Positions 20,602 through 30,500 of a stretch of 64,000 nt of DNA are shown piece after piece. The notes under the pieces are model-generated. The model made no database searches and was not told the DNA's origin. It saw nothing but the letters and a program-made list of their open reading frames with translations. The stretch is from contig CAVXWP010000016.1 of NCBI GenBank assembly GCA_963765495.1, positions 224,001 to 288,000 of the forward strand, in the 5' to 3' direction. The translations under genes and the position numbers were made by a program. The stretch comes from Blastocatellia bacterium (GTDB lineage Bacteria; Acidobacteriota; Blastocatellia; UBA7656). The number at the start of each line of letters is the position of its first letter. Within the stretch, counting starts at the first letter, position 1.

Positions 20602-20882
20602 GGTTTCTTTGTCTCCCTTTTCCTGAGGGGATTGCTCCAAATCTGCTTGATTGATGGCCCGATCCGCCAAGGCTTGTTTGTTGCAGTCCGTATCTAACTC
20701 TATGAAAGCAACGTCCAGTAGTTGATGAGTTTCAAGGCTGCCTCAACTCCTGCCGAGTGCTCTCAGTAGATAAGGGGGAATTGGTGGGCGAAAGTGTTCA
20801 CGCCACGAGAAAACTCAGGGGAAAATCGTTCTGGCTTAGCCTGCCCGGATGTGCCCCCGGATCGGACCTGTCCCGCGGCAAG

Positions 20883-21210
20883 CGTTAGGCTCTCCTCATC
20901 GTCGCTCAAGCCACCAGTGAGTGTTTCTGCCTGTAGCCGATCAGGCTCTGATACCCAAGTGCCTGATGCGGCCTTGCCTCGTTATACCACCTGATCCACT
21001 CGCGCACCTTCTCGCTGGCTGCTGCGAAACTCTCGAAGTTATGCTGCCACACGCATTCTTCCTTCAAGCGCGGAAGAATCGCTCGATCAAGCCATTCTGC
21101 TCCGGTGATTAGGGCGTGATGTACTCCTTCTCATTTTTCATAGCCTACCTCCTGAGAAAGCATTCTCTGATATGTCTTATTAGTGGTCTACTTCTTAAGG
21201 AGAGCACGAT
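20883..21210 (-). mobile_element. Internally deleted IS3-family remnant
   Basis: Minus-strand EYITP*SPEQNGLIERFFR/LKEECVW...YNEARPHQALGY; imperfect terminal inverted repeats sharing GCTCTCCT. Confidence 0.7.
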
Positions 21211-21297
21211 ACTTTCTTACTAAGCAAAATAACACTTATGTAGATAATCCAACCCGACTTCCATAACCTACATAGAAGATTTCGGGAGGATTTCACC

Positions 21298-21981
21298 ATG
21301 TATTGTCTACTTCCTTCTCGCCTCATTCAGGAGCTCGCTTTCCTACAACAGTCCAGCAAAAACCAGTTGATTGCTTTCCTGAGCCTGTTGCAAGCGCGTA
21401 ATTATGCCCTGGCAACTCTGGAGGCCATCGTAGTCGCCGTACGCTCCCTGGTGCTTTCTTCGCCAGATCAGCGCAAGACCCTTCTTGCCTGTGATCTCAC
21501 ACAATCAACCTCTGCAGATATCGACCGCCTCATTGATGCGGCCCGATCACGAGGACTTGCCGCCTCGACCATTAATGGCCATCTCAGTATGCTCAAGGAA
21601 CTTTTCGACTTCCTGCATGAAAATGGTCAGATGCAAACTCAGCCCGTTATTCGTCGCCGCCATCGCTTACCTGCGCCGATGACACTGCCAAAACCGATGG
21701 CCGAAGCCGACCTTGCAGCCTTCTTCAAAGTTATCGATTCCATCCGAGATCGGCTGCTGTTTCTACTCATGCTGCGTTGCGGATTGCGCGTTTCTGAAGC
21801 CTGTTCTTTGACCTGGAATGACGTTGATCTCGAAGCCTCAAGCATCCGCGTCAATAACGGCAAAGGCCAGGTTGACCGCGTCGTCTATATTGCCCCGGAT
21901 GTCGAGAAGGCGTTGCAACTCGCTAGGCGCATCAGGGGCAGCGCATTCCGAGAATTGAGATTTGAGATGAGCGAGGGGTAA
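21298..21981 (+). pseudogene. XerC/D-like tyrosine recombinase, C-terminally truncated
   Basis: ASTINGHLS, RDRLLFLLMLRCGLRVSE, GKGQVDRVV; lacks HxxR and the catalytic Tyr. Confidence 0.85.
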
Positions 21982-22027
21982 AGAAAATTAAATGAGCAAG
22001 AGATGACTTTTCGGCAGATAGGAAGGA

Positions 22028-22060
22028 AGAGGTGCGGCGATTGTTCCGCCGCACCTCTTC
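22028..22060. terminator. Hairpin terminator, duplicated copy
   Basis: GAAGAGGTGCGGCG-ATTGTTC-CGCCGCACCTCTTC. Confidence 0.6.
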
Positions 22061-22068
22061 AGCATTCG

Positions 22069-22520
22069 TTAATTCTTCTTCTCTTCCGCTTTTTTCGGGT
22101 TCTTTAATTGATTTATCACATTCATGATGAACCCTCTGGCAAAAGAGGGCAGATCATCCGACTTGGCCAGCTTCTCAAGCGCCGGTATGGCGCGCGGGTC
22201 GCCCATTGCCTGAATCGCCTGAATCGCAGTGAATCGCACCTGTAGCGATGACTCGTCGAGGGCCGAGATCAATATATCGAGCGCCTGTTTATCTCCCTTG
22301 CCCGCGCTTGCAAGCAGTTTGAAGGCCGCTCCCCGCACGGCTGGCGGGTTTCCGGGCGCGGCATATTTCAAACCTACATCTAGCGCCTTCGGGTCGCCCA
22401 GCGCCGCAAGCCCTGAAATCGCGCCCGCGCGAATCGTGCCGTTCCAGGACTCCTGCTTCAGGGTTTCGGCCAGGAGAGCGTAAGCCTTAGGAGCGCCGGT
22501 CTGCCCGAGCGCGGTCGCCG
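22069..22520 (-). pseudogene. HEAT-repeat C-terminal remnant of the M1 aminopeptidase
   Basis: Near-identical to the last ~150 aa of 31754-34273; the remainder of the track ORF is antisense thiE. Confidence 0.88.
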
Positions 22521-22678
22521 CCCGGTTAAGTATTTCGGTGCTCGCGCTTGGAGGGATAAAGCTTTCCAATTTTAGAGAGACGCTTGAGAGCGGGGCCGCA
22601 GGCATCGCCGCAATATCGTTATTTACAGAAGCAAACGATCTCGAAAGCGTCACGCGGATTATCAAAATCAGGAATTGA
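22520..22678 (+). pseudogene. Duplicated 3' end of thiE
   Basis: RLSISVLALGGIKLSNFRETLESGAAGIAAISLFTEANDLESVTRIIKIRN*. Confidence 0.85.
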
Positions 22679-22721
22679 AAACGGGCTAATAACCGACAGA
22701 CTCACGCGCAACGGGGCTAAA

Positions 22722-23969
22722 TCATCTATATTCTCGCAGGCTGGCGCTGCCGAAACGAAGTTGCTGCGCAAGGTCCAGGTCTACGCCTGCAAAGTCCTGG
22801 CGAGCTGCGCCGCCGAGTACGTGAACCTTCCGGCTCACGTTGCCGCATTTAATAGGCCAGACCCCACTTTCTAACAGCTCGCCCGCAGGCGTTGCTATTT
22901 TGTAGTTGCCTCGCGCATCGGTCAGGGCAGCATAGTCGGTATCATTCTGGCGCAATTTCACCAGCGCGCCTTCAATCGTGAGTCCGTTCGTATCGGTGAC
23001 TTTGCCTTCGACAACTGGCTGTCCCGTGCAGGCAATCGGTCGCCCCGCGTCGGCGAAGATAAAGCACTTAAAGACTCGATCCCAGTAGACCTTGATGACT
23101 CCGGGTACCACCCGCTCAAATGAAGTCTCGACCCTGATTATTTCATCTGAGACGAACTCCTGAGAGGAGTGAAAAATCAGCTTTAGCTCGCTGCCGGTTT
23201 CAAACGCCCGCTTGATGGCGGGAGAATTGAAGCCGGTTCGCTCCACTATTTCAGCCGTTGTAAATCCTGTCACAGCCTTTGGATTGGCGATGTTCCCGCG
23301 TTCGGAAAAGGTGAAGATGCGCCTGATTCCGCTCTCAAGCGAGAGGACGGCTCTAAGACCGAAGCGAGGTTCTATAAATGCGCCCGGGTCGGTGGCTGAT
23401 TGAGCGATCAGCGAGTTGAGCGTGCCCGATTTGAAGGAATCTCTCACTAAAGAATCGCCGCCTTGAAGCGCCGATACGCCGAAAAGGAAGATCGACTCTG
23501 CTTCAAGGAAGCGAAACCGCAATACGGTATCATTACCTTCGAATTGCAGTCTGGGTCTTCGCAATCCATAAACCACAGTGTTATCAGCGATGCCGGATAC
23601 CAGAGCAACTATGCTCTCCGTCTCTCCGCTGATAAGGTCGCGGCGTAGCGTGATACCGTCTTTGACAATTCCGCTGCTGAATTGTTTGAAATCGGGTTGA
23701 CCGAATCTCTCGTTGCCGACCTCGACGCTTCCCTTGAGCGATAAGGCAGGCGAGGCGAGCGATTCGAGGCAAAACGTAGTGGCGTAAGATTCGTTGATAA
23801 TCCATGAAGAAGGTCCGAGCGTGCCGGGCGGCGCGCTGAAATAAGTGAGCATCAAGGCATCAAGCGTAACCTGCCCGACCTCGGATTTTGCGGCCCCTGT
23901 ATCTGAAACGGCGGGAGCCGCGCCGTCGGCTCCCGCATTAAGGTTATGTTTGGAGCGACGGCGCGGCAT
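22722..23969 (-). CDS. Hypothetical protein, paralog of 25883-27193, with a C-terminal carboxypeptidase-regulatory-like domain and no clear signal peptide
   Basis: Shared motifs GQVT.D..LL.Y..AP.G, NTV..GLR.P..QF.G, RFRFL.A, KVYWDRVFK.F, YAALTD..GNY.I. Confidence 0.85.
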   Translation of the reverse strand: MPRRRSKHNLNAGADGAAPAVSDTGAAKSEVGQVTLDALMLTYFSAPPGTLGPSSWIINESYATTFCLESLASPALSLKGSVEVGNERFGQPDFKQFSSGIVKDGITLRRDLISGETESIVALVSGIADNTVVYGLRRPRLQFEGNDTVLRFRFLEAESIFLFGVSALQGGDSLVRDSFKSGTLNSLIAQSATDPGAFIEPRFGLRAVLSLESGIRRIFTFSERGNIANPKAVTGFTTAEIVERTGFNSPAIKRAFETGSELKLIFHSSQEFVSDEIIRVETSFERVVPGVIKVYWDRVFKCFIFADAGRPIACTGQPVVEGKVTDTNGLTIEGALVKLRQNDTDYAALTDARGNYKIATPAGELLESGVWPIKCGNVSRKVHVLGGAARQDFAGVDLDLAQQLRFGSASLREYR

Positions 23970-24005
23970 TGTTTTTCTTCCTCATATATCTTGTCAGGCG
24001 TATAT

Positions 24006-24257
24006 TTATCGTGGTCGCTTGAAGTAGTAAATCGCGTTCAGAGTATCACTTCGAAAAACGTTTGTCCGAACCCCGGTCATTTCCCACCCCTGCGCTCCAA
24101 GTTCATCGAGTTTCTTCTCGTCAATTGGCCCACCCGAATGGACTATCTTGTACTCCCATGTAACCGGCGACGCGGTTTGACTCTCTCCCTTCGAGCCAAA
24201 TGCGGCAAGTAGAGCAAAGATCAAAAAGAAAGCGAGCAAATAAGCTTTGAATTTCAT
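24006..24257 (-). CDS. Small exported DUF4177-like protein
   Basis: Signal peptide, WEYKIV...LDELGAQGWEM...YYFKRP; GGAGG RBS. Confidence 0.8.
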   Translation of the reverse strand: MKFKAYLLAFFLIFALLAAFGSKGESQTASPVTWEYKIVHSGGPIDEKKLDELGAQGWEMTGVRTNVFRSDTLNAIYYFKRPR

Positions 24258-24318
24258 CAGTTATACCTCCCGACTCAAATGCGAATTGACGGCACGGGTT
24301 CACGCACGATCAACACAA

Positions 24319-25722
24319 CTACTCATCAAAAAGACCTTCCATCACATACAACCCTTCGCGGGCAAGATCGCCTTCGCCGGTCGTCGCGCGCACAAGCAAC
24401 GTACCTGTATTTGTGAGCTTGACCGGGACCATCGAGCGCAGCACGACCTCTTGTCCGTCAATTGTGGCGCTGCCACCTATCATCAGCAGGCTTGTGTGAC
24501 CAGATAGAGCAGGAACCTTGTGTGAAAACACTCCGAGCCACAGCGCCTCGCGCCCACTGCTCAGCCGCACCGGAGAGACTATTCCAAAGGGTTTATATTC
24601 CTGGCCAAACTCGTCAAAGTATCTGACCTGAAAGGGGCATGTTATTGGAGGGCCAAAGCTCTGAATCACATCACCGGATGAATCTATGCTCTCGGTGCCG
24701 GATCGGATAATGATCTCAGAACCACCGTCAATGTCCCTTGTCGCAAGCGCGCTCACTCCGTTCTTGAACTCTATGGCCGCGTAGCCTTGCTGAAAGTTCA
24801 TGGCAGGCGAGTCGAATATGCGTTTTACTTTCCCCAGCGTAGGGTACTTCACTCCTTCTTTCAACGCATCTCCGAATGCGATGAAGCCATCGAGTGTGAT
24901 GACCTTTCGGTAGCGAACTTTTTTATTCCCTTCGCGATGAACCAGAGCGACACAACTCAAGGAATAGCCAAGCCGGGAAATGGTGAAGTCGTCAATCACT
25001 TCATTAACGGCTCCATTTGGTTTCGGTCTGCTCAACACGTCACCGATTCTTAGATTCTCATAGGCATATGTTTGGTAAGACGCCTTGAGAATCACTGACT
25101 TATTTCCATCTTCCGTTGCTGCGATGAAGGCGGCTTTATACTGTGGGGCCGTGGGGTGTACGCTGGCTATAGTGAGGTTGGAAAACGATTTATAGACATT
25201 ACCGCGTGGCGAAAGCTCACCGGCCAGCGCGAACGCTTCTACCCCATCAGACTGCCAGATAAACACGCCTTCTGAGGCCGCCCCGTCGCTGATCTCTGCG
25301 CGAAACAGCAGAATCTCTTCTCCGCCGTTTTCAGGCTCCAACAGCGCAAGGTCCAGGTCGCTGAACGCCTTGAATCTACCGCCGCCGGGAGCCTCATCGC
25401 CTGATCGCAGCAAGACGCGAGTCGTCCCGCCCGACGAAAGAAAGATGGCGCTGTCGGCTGATGAGCCGGAAAGTGTTGCGCTAAAAGCGATCTTGCCCGC
25501 ATCATTTACGGCGCTTGCAAGTATCTTTGTTATCGTCCCGCCGATTTGGTCGGGCGCGGCTTCGGACTCCTGCGCGATCAGGCGAATCGCGGTTTCAGAA
25601 TCCGTTTGGGAAAAACACGGCATTGCTGCTGCTGTCATCAATGTGCTCATGATTATCACCCTCAGAATGAAGTTGAAGTTGAATCGCCGTTGGCGATTTT
25701 GCGCTAATTGTTTCGCTTGCAT
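24319..25722 (-). CDS. Exported beta-repeat protein (NxxGxxAF-type repeats)
   Basis: NDAGKIAF, GDEAPGGGRF, hydrophobic N-terminus; GGAGG RBS. Confidence 0.7.
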   Translation of the reverse strand: MQAKQLAQNRQRRFNFNFILRVIIMSTLMTAAAMPCFSQTDSETAIRLIAQESEAAPDQIGGTITKILASAVNDAGKIAFSATLSGSSADSAIFLSSGGTTRVLLRSGDEAPGGGRFKAFSDLDLALLEPENGGEEILLFRAEISDGAASEGVFIWQSDGVEAFALAGELSPRGNVYKSFSNLTIASVHPTAPQYKAAFIAATEDGNKSVILKASYQTYAYENLRIGDVLSRPKPNGAVNEVIDDFTISRLGYSLSCVALVHREGNKKVRYRKVITLDGFIAFGDALKEGVKYPTLGKVKRIFDSPAMNFQQGYAAIEFKNGVSALATRDIDGGSEIIIRSGTESIDSSGDVIQSFGPPITCPFQVRYFDEFGQEYKPFGIVSPVRLSSGREALWLGVFSHKVPALSGHTSLLMIGGSATIDGQEVVLRSMVPVKLTNTGTLLVRATTGEGDLAREGLYVMEGLFDE

Positions 25723-25793
25723 AAACTAACCTCCGAGGCCAGCCAGGTCTTCTCACCCGGGTTGGGGCTGGCTTTAAATTGCGCTTCATAAGT

Positions 25794-25813
25794 GGGGCTG
25801 ACTTCTCAGCCCC
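25794..25813. terminator. Hairpin downstream of the Tat-signal gene
   Basis: GGGGCTGA-CTTC-TCAGCCCC. Confidence 0.5.
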
Positions 25814-25882
25814 AAATCAAAAAGCATGCTGCATCCAGCGACGGAAAAAGTCTTCCAGTTTTTACCGCCGCTTAACTTGCAC

Positions 25883-27193
25883 CTAGTTCAAATTGTACAA
25901 CTCCCCGTTGAAGACCAAATTAGTTGCGCCGCTGCCCGGTTCAAGGTAAACCGACGGAGCGGGAATTCCGCTTCCGGCAAAGGCATTCACGCTGTCATCC
26001 CCGCATACTACTGCATAGGTGCCGGAAGACAAGTTTTCTCCTGAAGGCAGTTTTATGGAATAGTTGCCATTGTTATCGGTCAGCGCCGCATATTCAGCGC
26101 CTGCTATCATTCTTACCAACGCTCTGGCAATTGGAAGCCCGGTTGTGGGATTAGTTATTCTGCCTTGAACAATCGTCGCAGCATCAGGAGGACCTGCATC
26201 AATGATGGTGAAGGTCTTGAATACCCGGTCCCAGTAGACCTTGTTAATCCCAAGCGATGTGCGATTGAGCACTGTCGAAGAGGTGATAATGTTTTCCGCA
26301 GTGAACTCCTGAACCGAAGTGTGAGTCACTTCTATCCTTGCGCCGACCTCGAATGACAGTCCTAACGAGCTAAAGCCAAACTTCTTAGTTATTTCGACGC
26401 TTGTGGTCGCGGTCTTTGATGTAGAGTATGTGCTGCCTGTCGCTTTGGTGAAAGAGAAGGTATTTGTTACGCCCGCCGACAGCAATATGCTTGATTTGAG
26501 CTTGAATCGCGGCGTGACCAGTAGCGCAGGATCGGTAACATACTTGCTGAGGAATGAAGTGACCGTTGCAGGCTTAATTACGCCCCCGCCATTTAGTTGT
26601 AGATCGGAATACTTAATCCCGAATCTGTCAGTAGCTTTAAGGAACCTGAACCTTACACGGCTGGGGGTGCCGTCGAACTGCATCTCAGGCTCTCGTAACC
26701 CAACAAACACAGTGTTATTTATATCTCCAGGGGCTGGAGTAGTAAAGCTCTCTGTTATGGAGCGCCGTATCGTTATGGCGTCCGTAACCTGTGTGCTATC
26801 GGTTTGCTTGTAGGTTATAGAGCCTACGTTGAAGCCTAATATGGTAGCACTTACCCCTATTGAGAGAGATCGGTTCGACTCCGCTATCATTTTGAAAGTT
26901 GATGCGTGATTCTTAGTATAGGAATTAGTTGTGCTGGCGACAGAGCCAAGCGGCGCAGCGACATAACTGAGCAGGATGCCGTCAACCGTCACCTGCCCGG
27001 ATTCGCTCGACTGCGCCAAGACGTTATTACCGCCTTTGAGCGCGTAAGCCGCTCCGACAGCGGCTGCTCCAAGCGCCGCATTGCGAAGGAATTTCCTGCG
27101 CGTCATGCCTTGTTTCCTCGTTTCGCGCTCTAATGTTTCCGGTGTTGCTTCATCATCCTTGATGATCGCGTCTTTTTCGTGATAATCTTCCAT
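25883..27193 (-). CDS. Tat-exported Ser/Thr-rich beta protein with a carboxypeptidase-regulatory-like C-terminus; candidate beta-pore-forming protein
   Basis: MTRRKFL twin-arginine motif, h-region and VLAQ cleavage; two alternating-polarity hairpins flanked by S/T strands. Confidence 0.8.
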   Translation of the reverse strand: MEDYHEKDAIIKDDEATPETLERETRKQGMTRRKFLRNAALGAAAVGAAYALKGGNNVLAQSSESGQVTVDGILLSYVAAPLGSVASTTNSYTKNHASTFKMIAESNRSLSIGVSATILGFNVGSITYKQTDSTQVTDAITIRRSITESFTTPAPGDINNTVFVGLREPEMQFDGTPSRVRFRFLKATDRFGIKYSDLQLNGGGVIKPATVTSFLSKYVTDPALLVTPRFKLKSSILLSAGVTNTFSFTKATGSTYSTSKTATTSVEITKKFGFSSLGLSFEVGARIEVTHTSVQEFTAENIITSSTVLNRTSLGINKVYWDRVFKTFTIIDAGPPDAATIVQGRITNPTTGLPIARALVRMIAGAEYAALTDNNGNYSIKLPSGENLSSGTYAVVCGDDSVNAFAGSGIPAPSVYLEPGSGATNLVFNGELYNLN

Positions 27194-27399
27194 CGTTCTA
27201 TCTCCTTTTGCTGCTTAAAGGTAGCAGGGGGAACTCAGGGGCAGGCGGTCTCGACGCTTGCCCCCTACTGTTTTAAACTCGATTGTCAAATGGTTACGAC
27301 ATAACCGGATGTCAAAAATCCGGCTCAAATCTGGCTGAAATTCATCGGCCTGGAATGCTGCTGATAATCGAATACCAGCAACCTTCTACAGGCAGGCTC

Positions 27400-27467
27400 A
27401 CTATACCAAACTACTCTTACAGAACTCTTACAAAACTCTTACAAGCTATAAGTGTGACTTGTAAGAG
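27400..27467 (-). promoter_or_regulatory. SARP-type operator/promoter
   Basis: ACTCTTACA x3 at 27413, 27424 and 27435 (11-bp period), an inverted copy at 27460, and a minus-strand TATAGT -10 box at 27400-27405. Confidence 0.75.
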
Positions 27468-27506
27468 ACGCGCCCAGGTAAGTTGCTGATGCTATGGATT
27501 AGGAGG

Positions 27507-30500
27507 TTACGAGCCTGTTTCCCCTGTTTCTTCAAGCAGATAAGCGGTCGCCTTCTCCCAGTCCAGAGCCTCACCGGACTGCCAGGCTGAGGCATATTCT
27601 TTCTCTGAAAGAAGCCGGTGCAGCGCATCGAGATATTTATCCTGTCTTCGCTGCTCGGTTGGGGGTAAGGGAATACCTATTTTTTTGCGAAGCGCCGCAG
27701 CCGCACCGAAAAGCCTCGCGCTTCTCTCGGCTTTGCCTTCTGCCAGGGCCAAGACCCCAAATGATTCCAGCGAGAGAATGAGTCCTTGCCTGCCTTCCAG
27801 TTCTATTCTTATGGCCAGAGCCTCTTCAAACAAGGAACGCGCCTTATCATAATCGCCTTCTTCATATGCAATCCTCCCGAATCTGTCGAGACAATCAGCG
27901 ATGCCGTTGGCATGTTCCAACTCCCGGTAAAGTGCCAGGGCCTCTTCATAGGCTGTTCGCGACCCAACGAGATCGGATTCCTCCTTGAGCGCGTCACCTA
28001 GATTCAATAACAGATGCGCGATACTGAATTTATCCCCAAGCTGATTAAGGATATCCAGACTTTCTTCATAAAGAGAACGTGCTGTGGCTATATCTCCCTG
28101 CGAGTAGAAATCTGTTCCCAGGTTGAGCAACGAATTGGCAATTCCCCATTGATCTCCAATCTCTCGATAAAGTGCTATGGCTTCCTCGTAAAGTGGGCGC
28201 GCTCGCGCGTAATCGCCCTGATCATCAGCTACGCAAGCAAGATTGTTGAGTAAGAAAGCAGTATTTTGCTTATCGCCCAACTCTCTATGTATCGTCAAAC
28301 TTTCCTCGTAAAAGGTTCGTGCCGCAACAAGGTTAGATTCATAGTAGGCCACCGCGCCAGCGATATTGAGTGCTTTTGCCCTTGCAATCGTGTGTTCTGA
28401 TGTCAATGCCAGCACATCCGCAAGTTGTTTCCGCCCTTCGCTCAGATGACCCCGCGCATACCAGAATCGCCACAGCGCGTATCCGAATCGCAGCCCTGTC
28501 TCCTCGTCGTCCACGTTTGACTTGCTCCATTCCAATGCAGCCCGCAGGTTGTCGTGATCTGCTGAGAGCCGGTTCAGCCAGGCTACTTGCTCTGGGCCTC
28601 GCAACTCCAGATTTGCGCGCTCGGCAAGCGCCAGATAATACTCGGCGTGTCGCCTCTCAAGCCTTGCGCGCTCGTCGGAGTCGAGACCTTCCATCGCAAA
28701 CTCGCGCATCGTCTCTAACATCTGAAATCGCATCTCAGCTTCGACAACTCTTCCCTGAATTATCGAGCACTCCCGCAACTCGGTCAGAAGATCGAGGGCC
28801 GAAGGTACTTCGCAAACCGCCTCTACCGCCTCAAGCGTCCAGCCGCCGCGAAAGACCGAGAGCCGCGCGAAAAATTTCTGTAACTCCGGCGTCAACAGTT
28901 GATAGCTCCAGTCAACTGCCGCCCGCATAGTGCGGTGGCGCGCAGCTATGCCTCGTTGTCGGCTCACAAGCAGATCAAAGCGTTGCACTGATCGAGCCAG
29001 CATCTGCGCCGAAGTCAACACCTGCGCCCGGGCGGCGGCCAGTTCCAGCGCGAGCGGTATCCCTTCCAGCCGTCTGCATAGCTGAGCCACGGCTGAGGCG
29101 TTCCGCTTCGTCACCTGGAAATCGGGCCTGACGGCCTGCGCCCGATCAAGGAACAGCCGTACGCTCGCATTCAAAACCAACTGTTCGGGCGAGTTTGTCT
29201 CTTCGGGCGGAGGCAGGGGCGATAAAGGAAATTCGCGTTCGCCTTCCAGATTCAGAAGCCTGCGCGAAGTCACCATACACTTCAGCAACGCGGCCCTTTC
29301 CAGCAGCGCCTGTATGACGGGCGCGCCTTCCGTCACAAGGTGCTCGAAATTGTCGAGCACAAGCAGAGCGGGCTGACGCGAGCTTGCCTCGACAACCTGC
29401 TCGACCGGCTCAACCCCCACCGTCCTCTGCATCCCGATGGCATCCAAAACGCTCTCTATAATCAAATCGGGATCGCGGATTTCAGCCAGAGGCACAAACC
29501 AGACCGCGCCTTGCAGGGGCGCAAGCAATCGCCTGGCCGATTCAAGCGATAATCGCGTCTTGCCGGTTCCCCCCGGCCCGGTAATCGTCACAAGTCGCGT
29601 CTCGGTCCCAAGCACTATCTCTTGTAATTCGGCAAGCTCCGGCTCCCGGCCAAAGAAACGCGTAACTTGAAACGGGAGCGTACCGCTGTAACCGTGCTCT
29701 GCGGCAGGAGGCGGAAACTTCCGCTCAGGCACCCCCGGATAGTTCACCTGAAATAATCGCTCAGGGTTTTCCACGCCGCGCAGTCTGTATATGCCGAGGT
29801 CTATGAGTCGCGGGCCGGGCTCAAGGGCGTGAGAGAGCAGGGCGGCGGTCGCCTCCGAACACAGGAGTTGCCCGCCGTGGGTCGCCGCAAGCAATCTTGC
29901 CGCGTGGTCCAGGTCTGATCCGAAAAAGCCTTCTCCCTTCGATCCGACTTCTCCGGTGTGCAGCGCCGAGCGGGCTCGTAGCGGCAGGAGTTGAATCATA
30001 CCCGGCTCCGAAGACCCGTGATGTGTGTCCAGCCACTGATGGCTTTCTATGGCGGCTGCAATCGCGTCGCTGGCTCGCGCAAAGGCCGCCCAGAGCACCT
30101 CGCCCGCTTCCCTTACCACCTGCCCGCCGTGTTTTTGGATGGTCTTGCGCGTCTGTTTATCGTAAGCCTCAAGCGCCTGCTTTAGCGCCTCTTCTCCCTG
30201 CTGTCTGAGCGCGGACGAATCTTGTATATCGAGCAGGAGAAAAGTCACCGTGCCGAAGGGAGGTATGACGAGCGTTTGAGGGGCGCGAATCGAAGAGAAA
30301 GGCCGACGAGGTCCGGCTGTGATGCTCATATCGCCTTCGGCATCGGCATCAGTTGAAATTTCGCTATCTTGTGTCTCGCCTGCTGTCTGGCGTTCTGCCA
30401 TTATTTCATCTGCGAGTTTGCGCGACTCGGCATTGGGCGCAATGTCGAGTTCTTCCCTCAGTATCCGCTTCAATTCGTTGTACTGGCGCAAGGCGGTAGA

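Larger units (their letters stand above)
21985..22520. repeat. Duplicated segment B (copy at ~31668-32205): 3' end and terminator of the M1 aminopeptidase
   Basis: Both copies encode ATALGQTGAP.AYALL.ETLKQESWNGTIRAG...KNPKKAEEKKN and carry the same hairpin. Confidence 0.92.

Noticed and set aside
22069-22665. 198-aa ORF as a novel HEAT protein
   Set aside because: It is a duplication-junction artefact: antisense thiE joined to the aminopeptidase 3' end.
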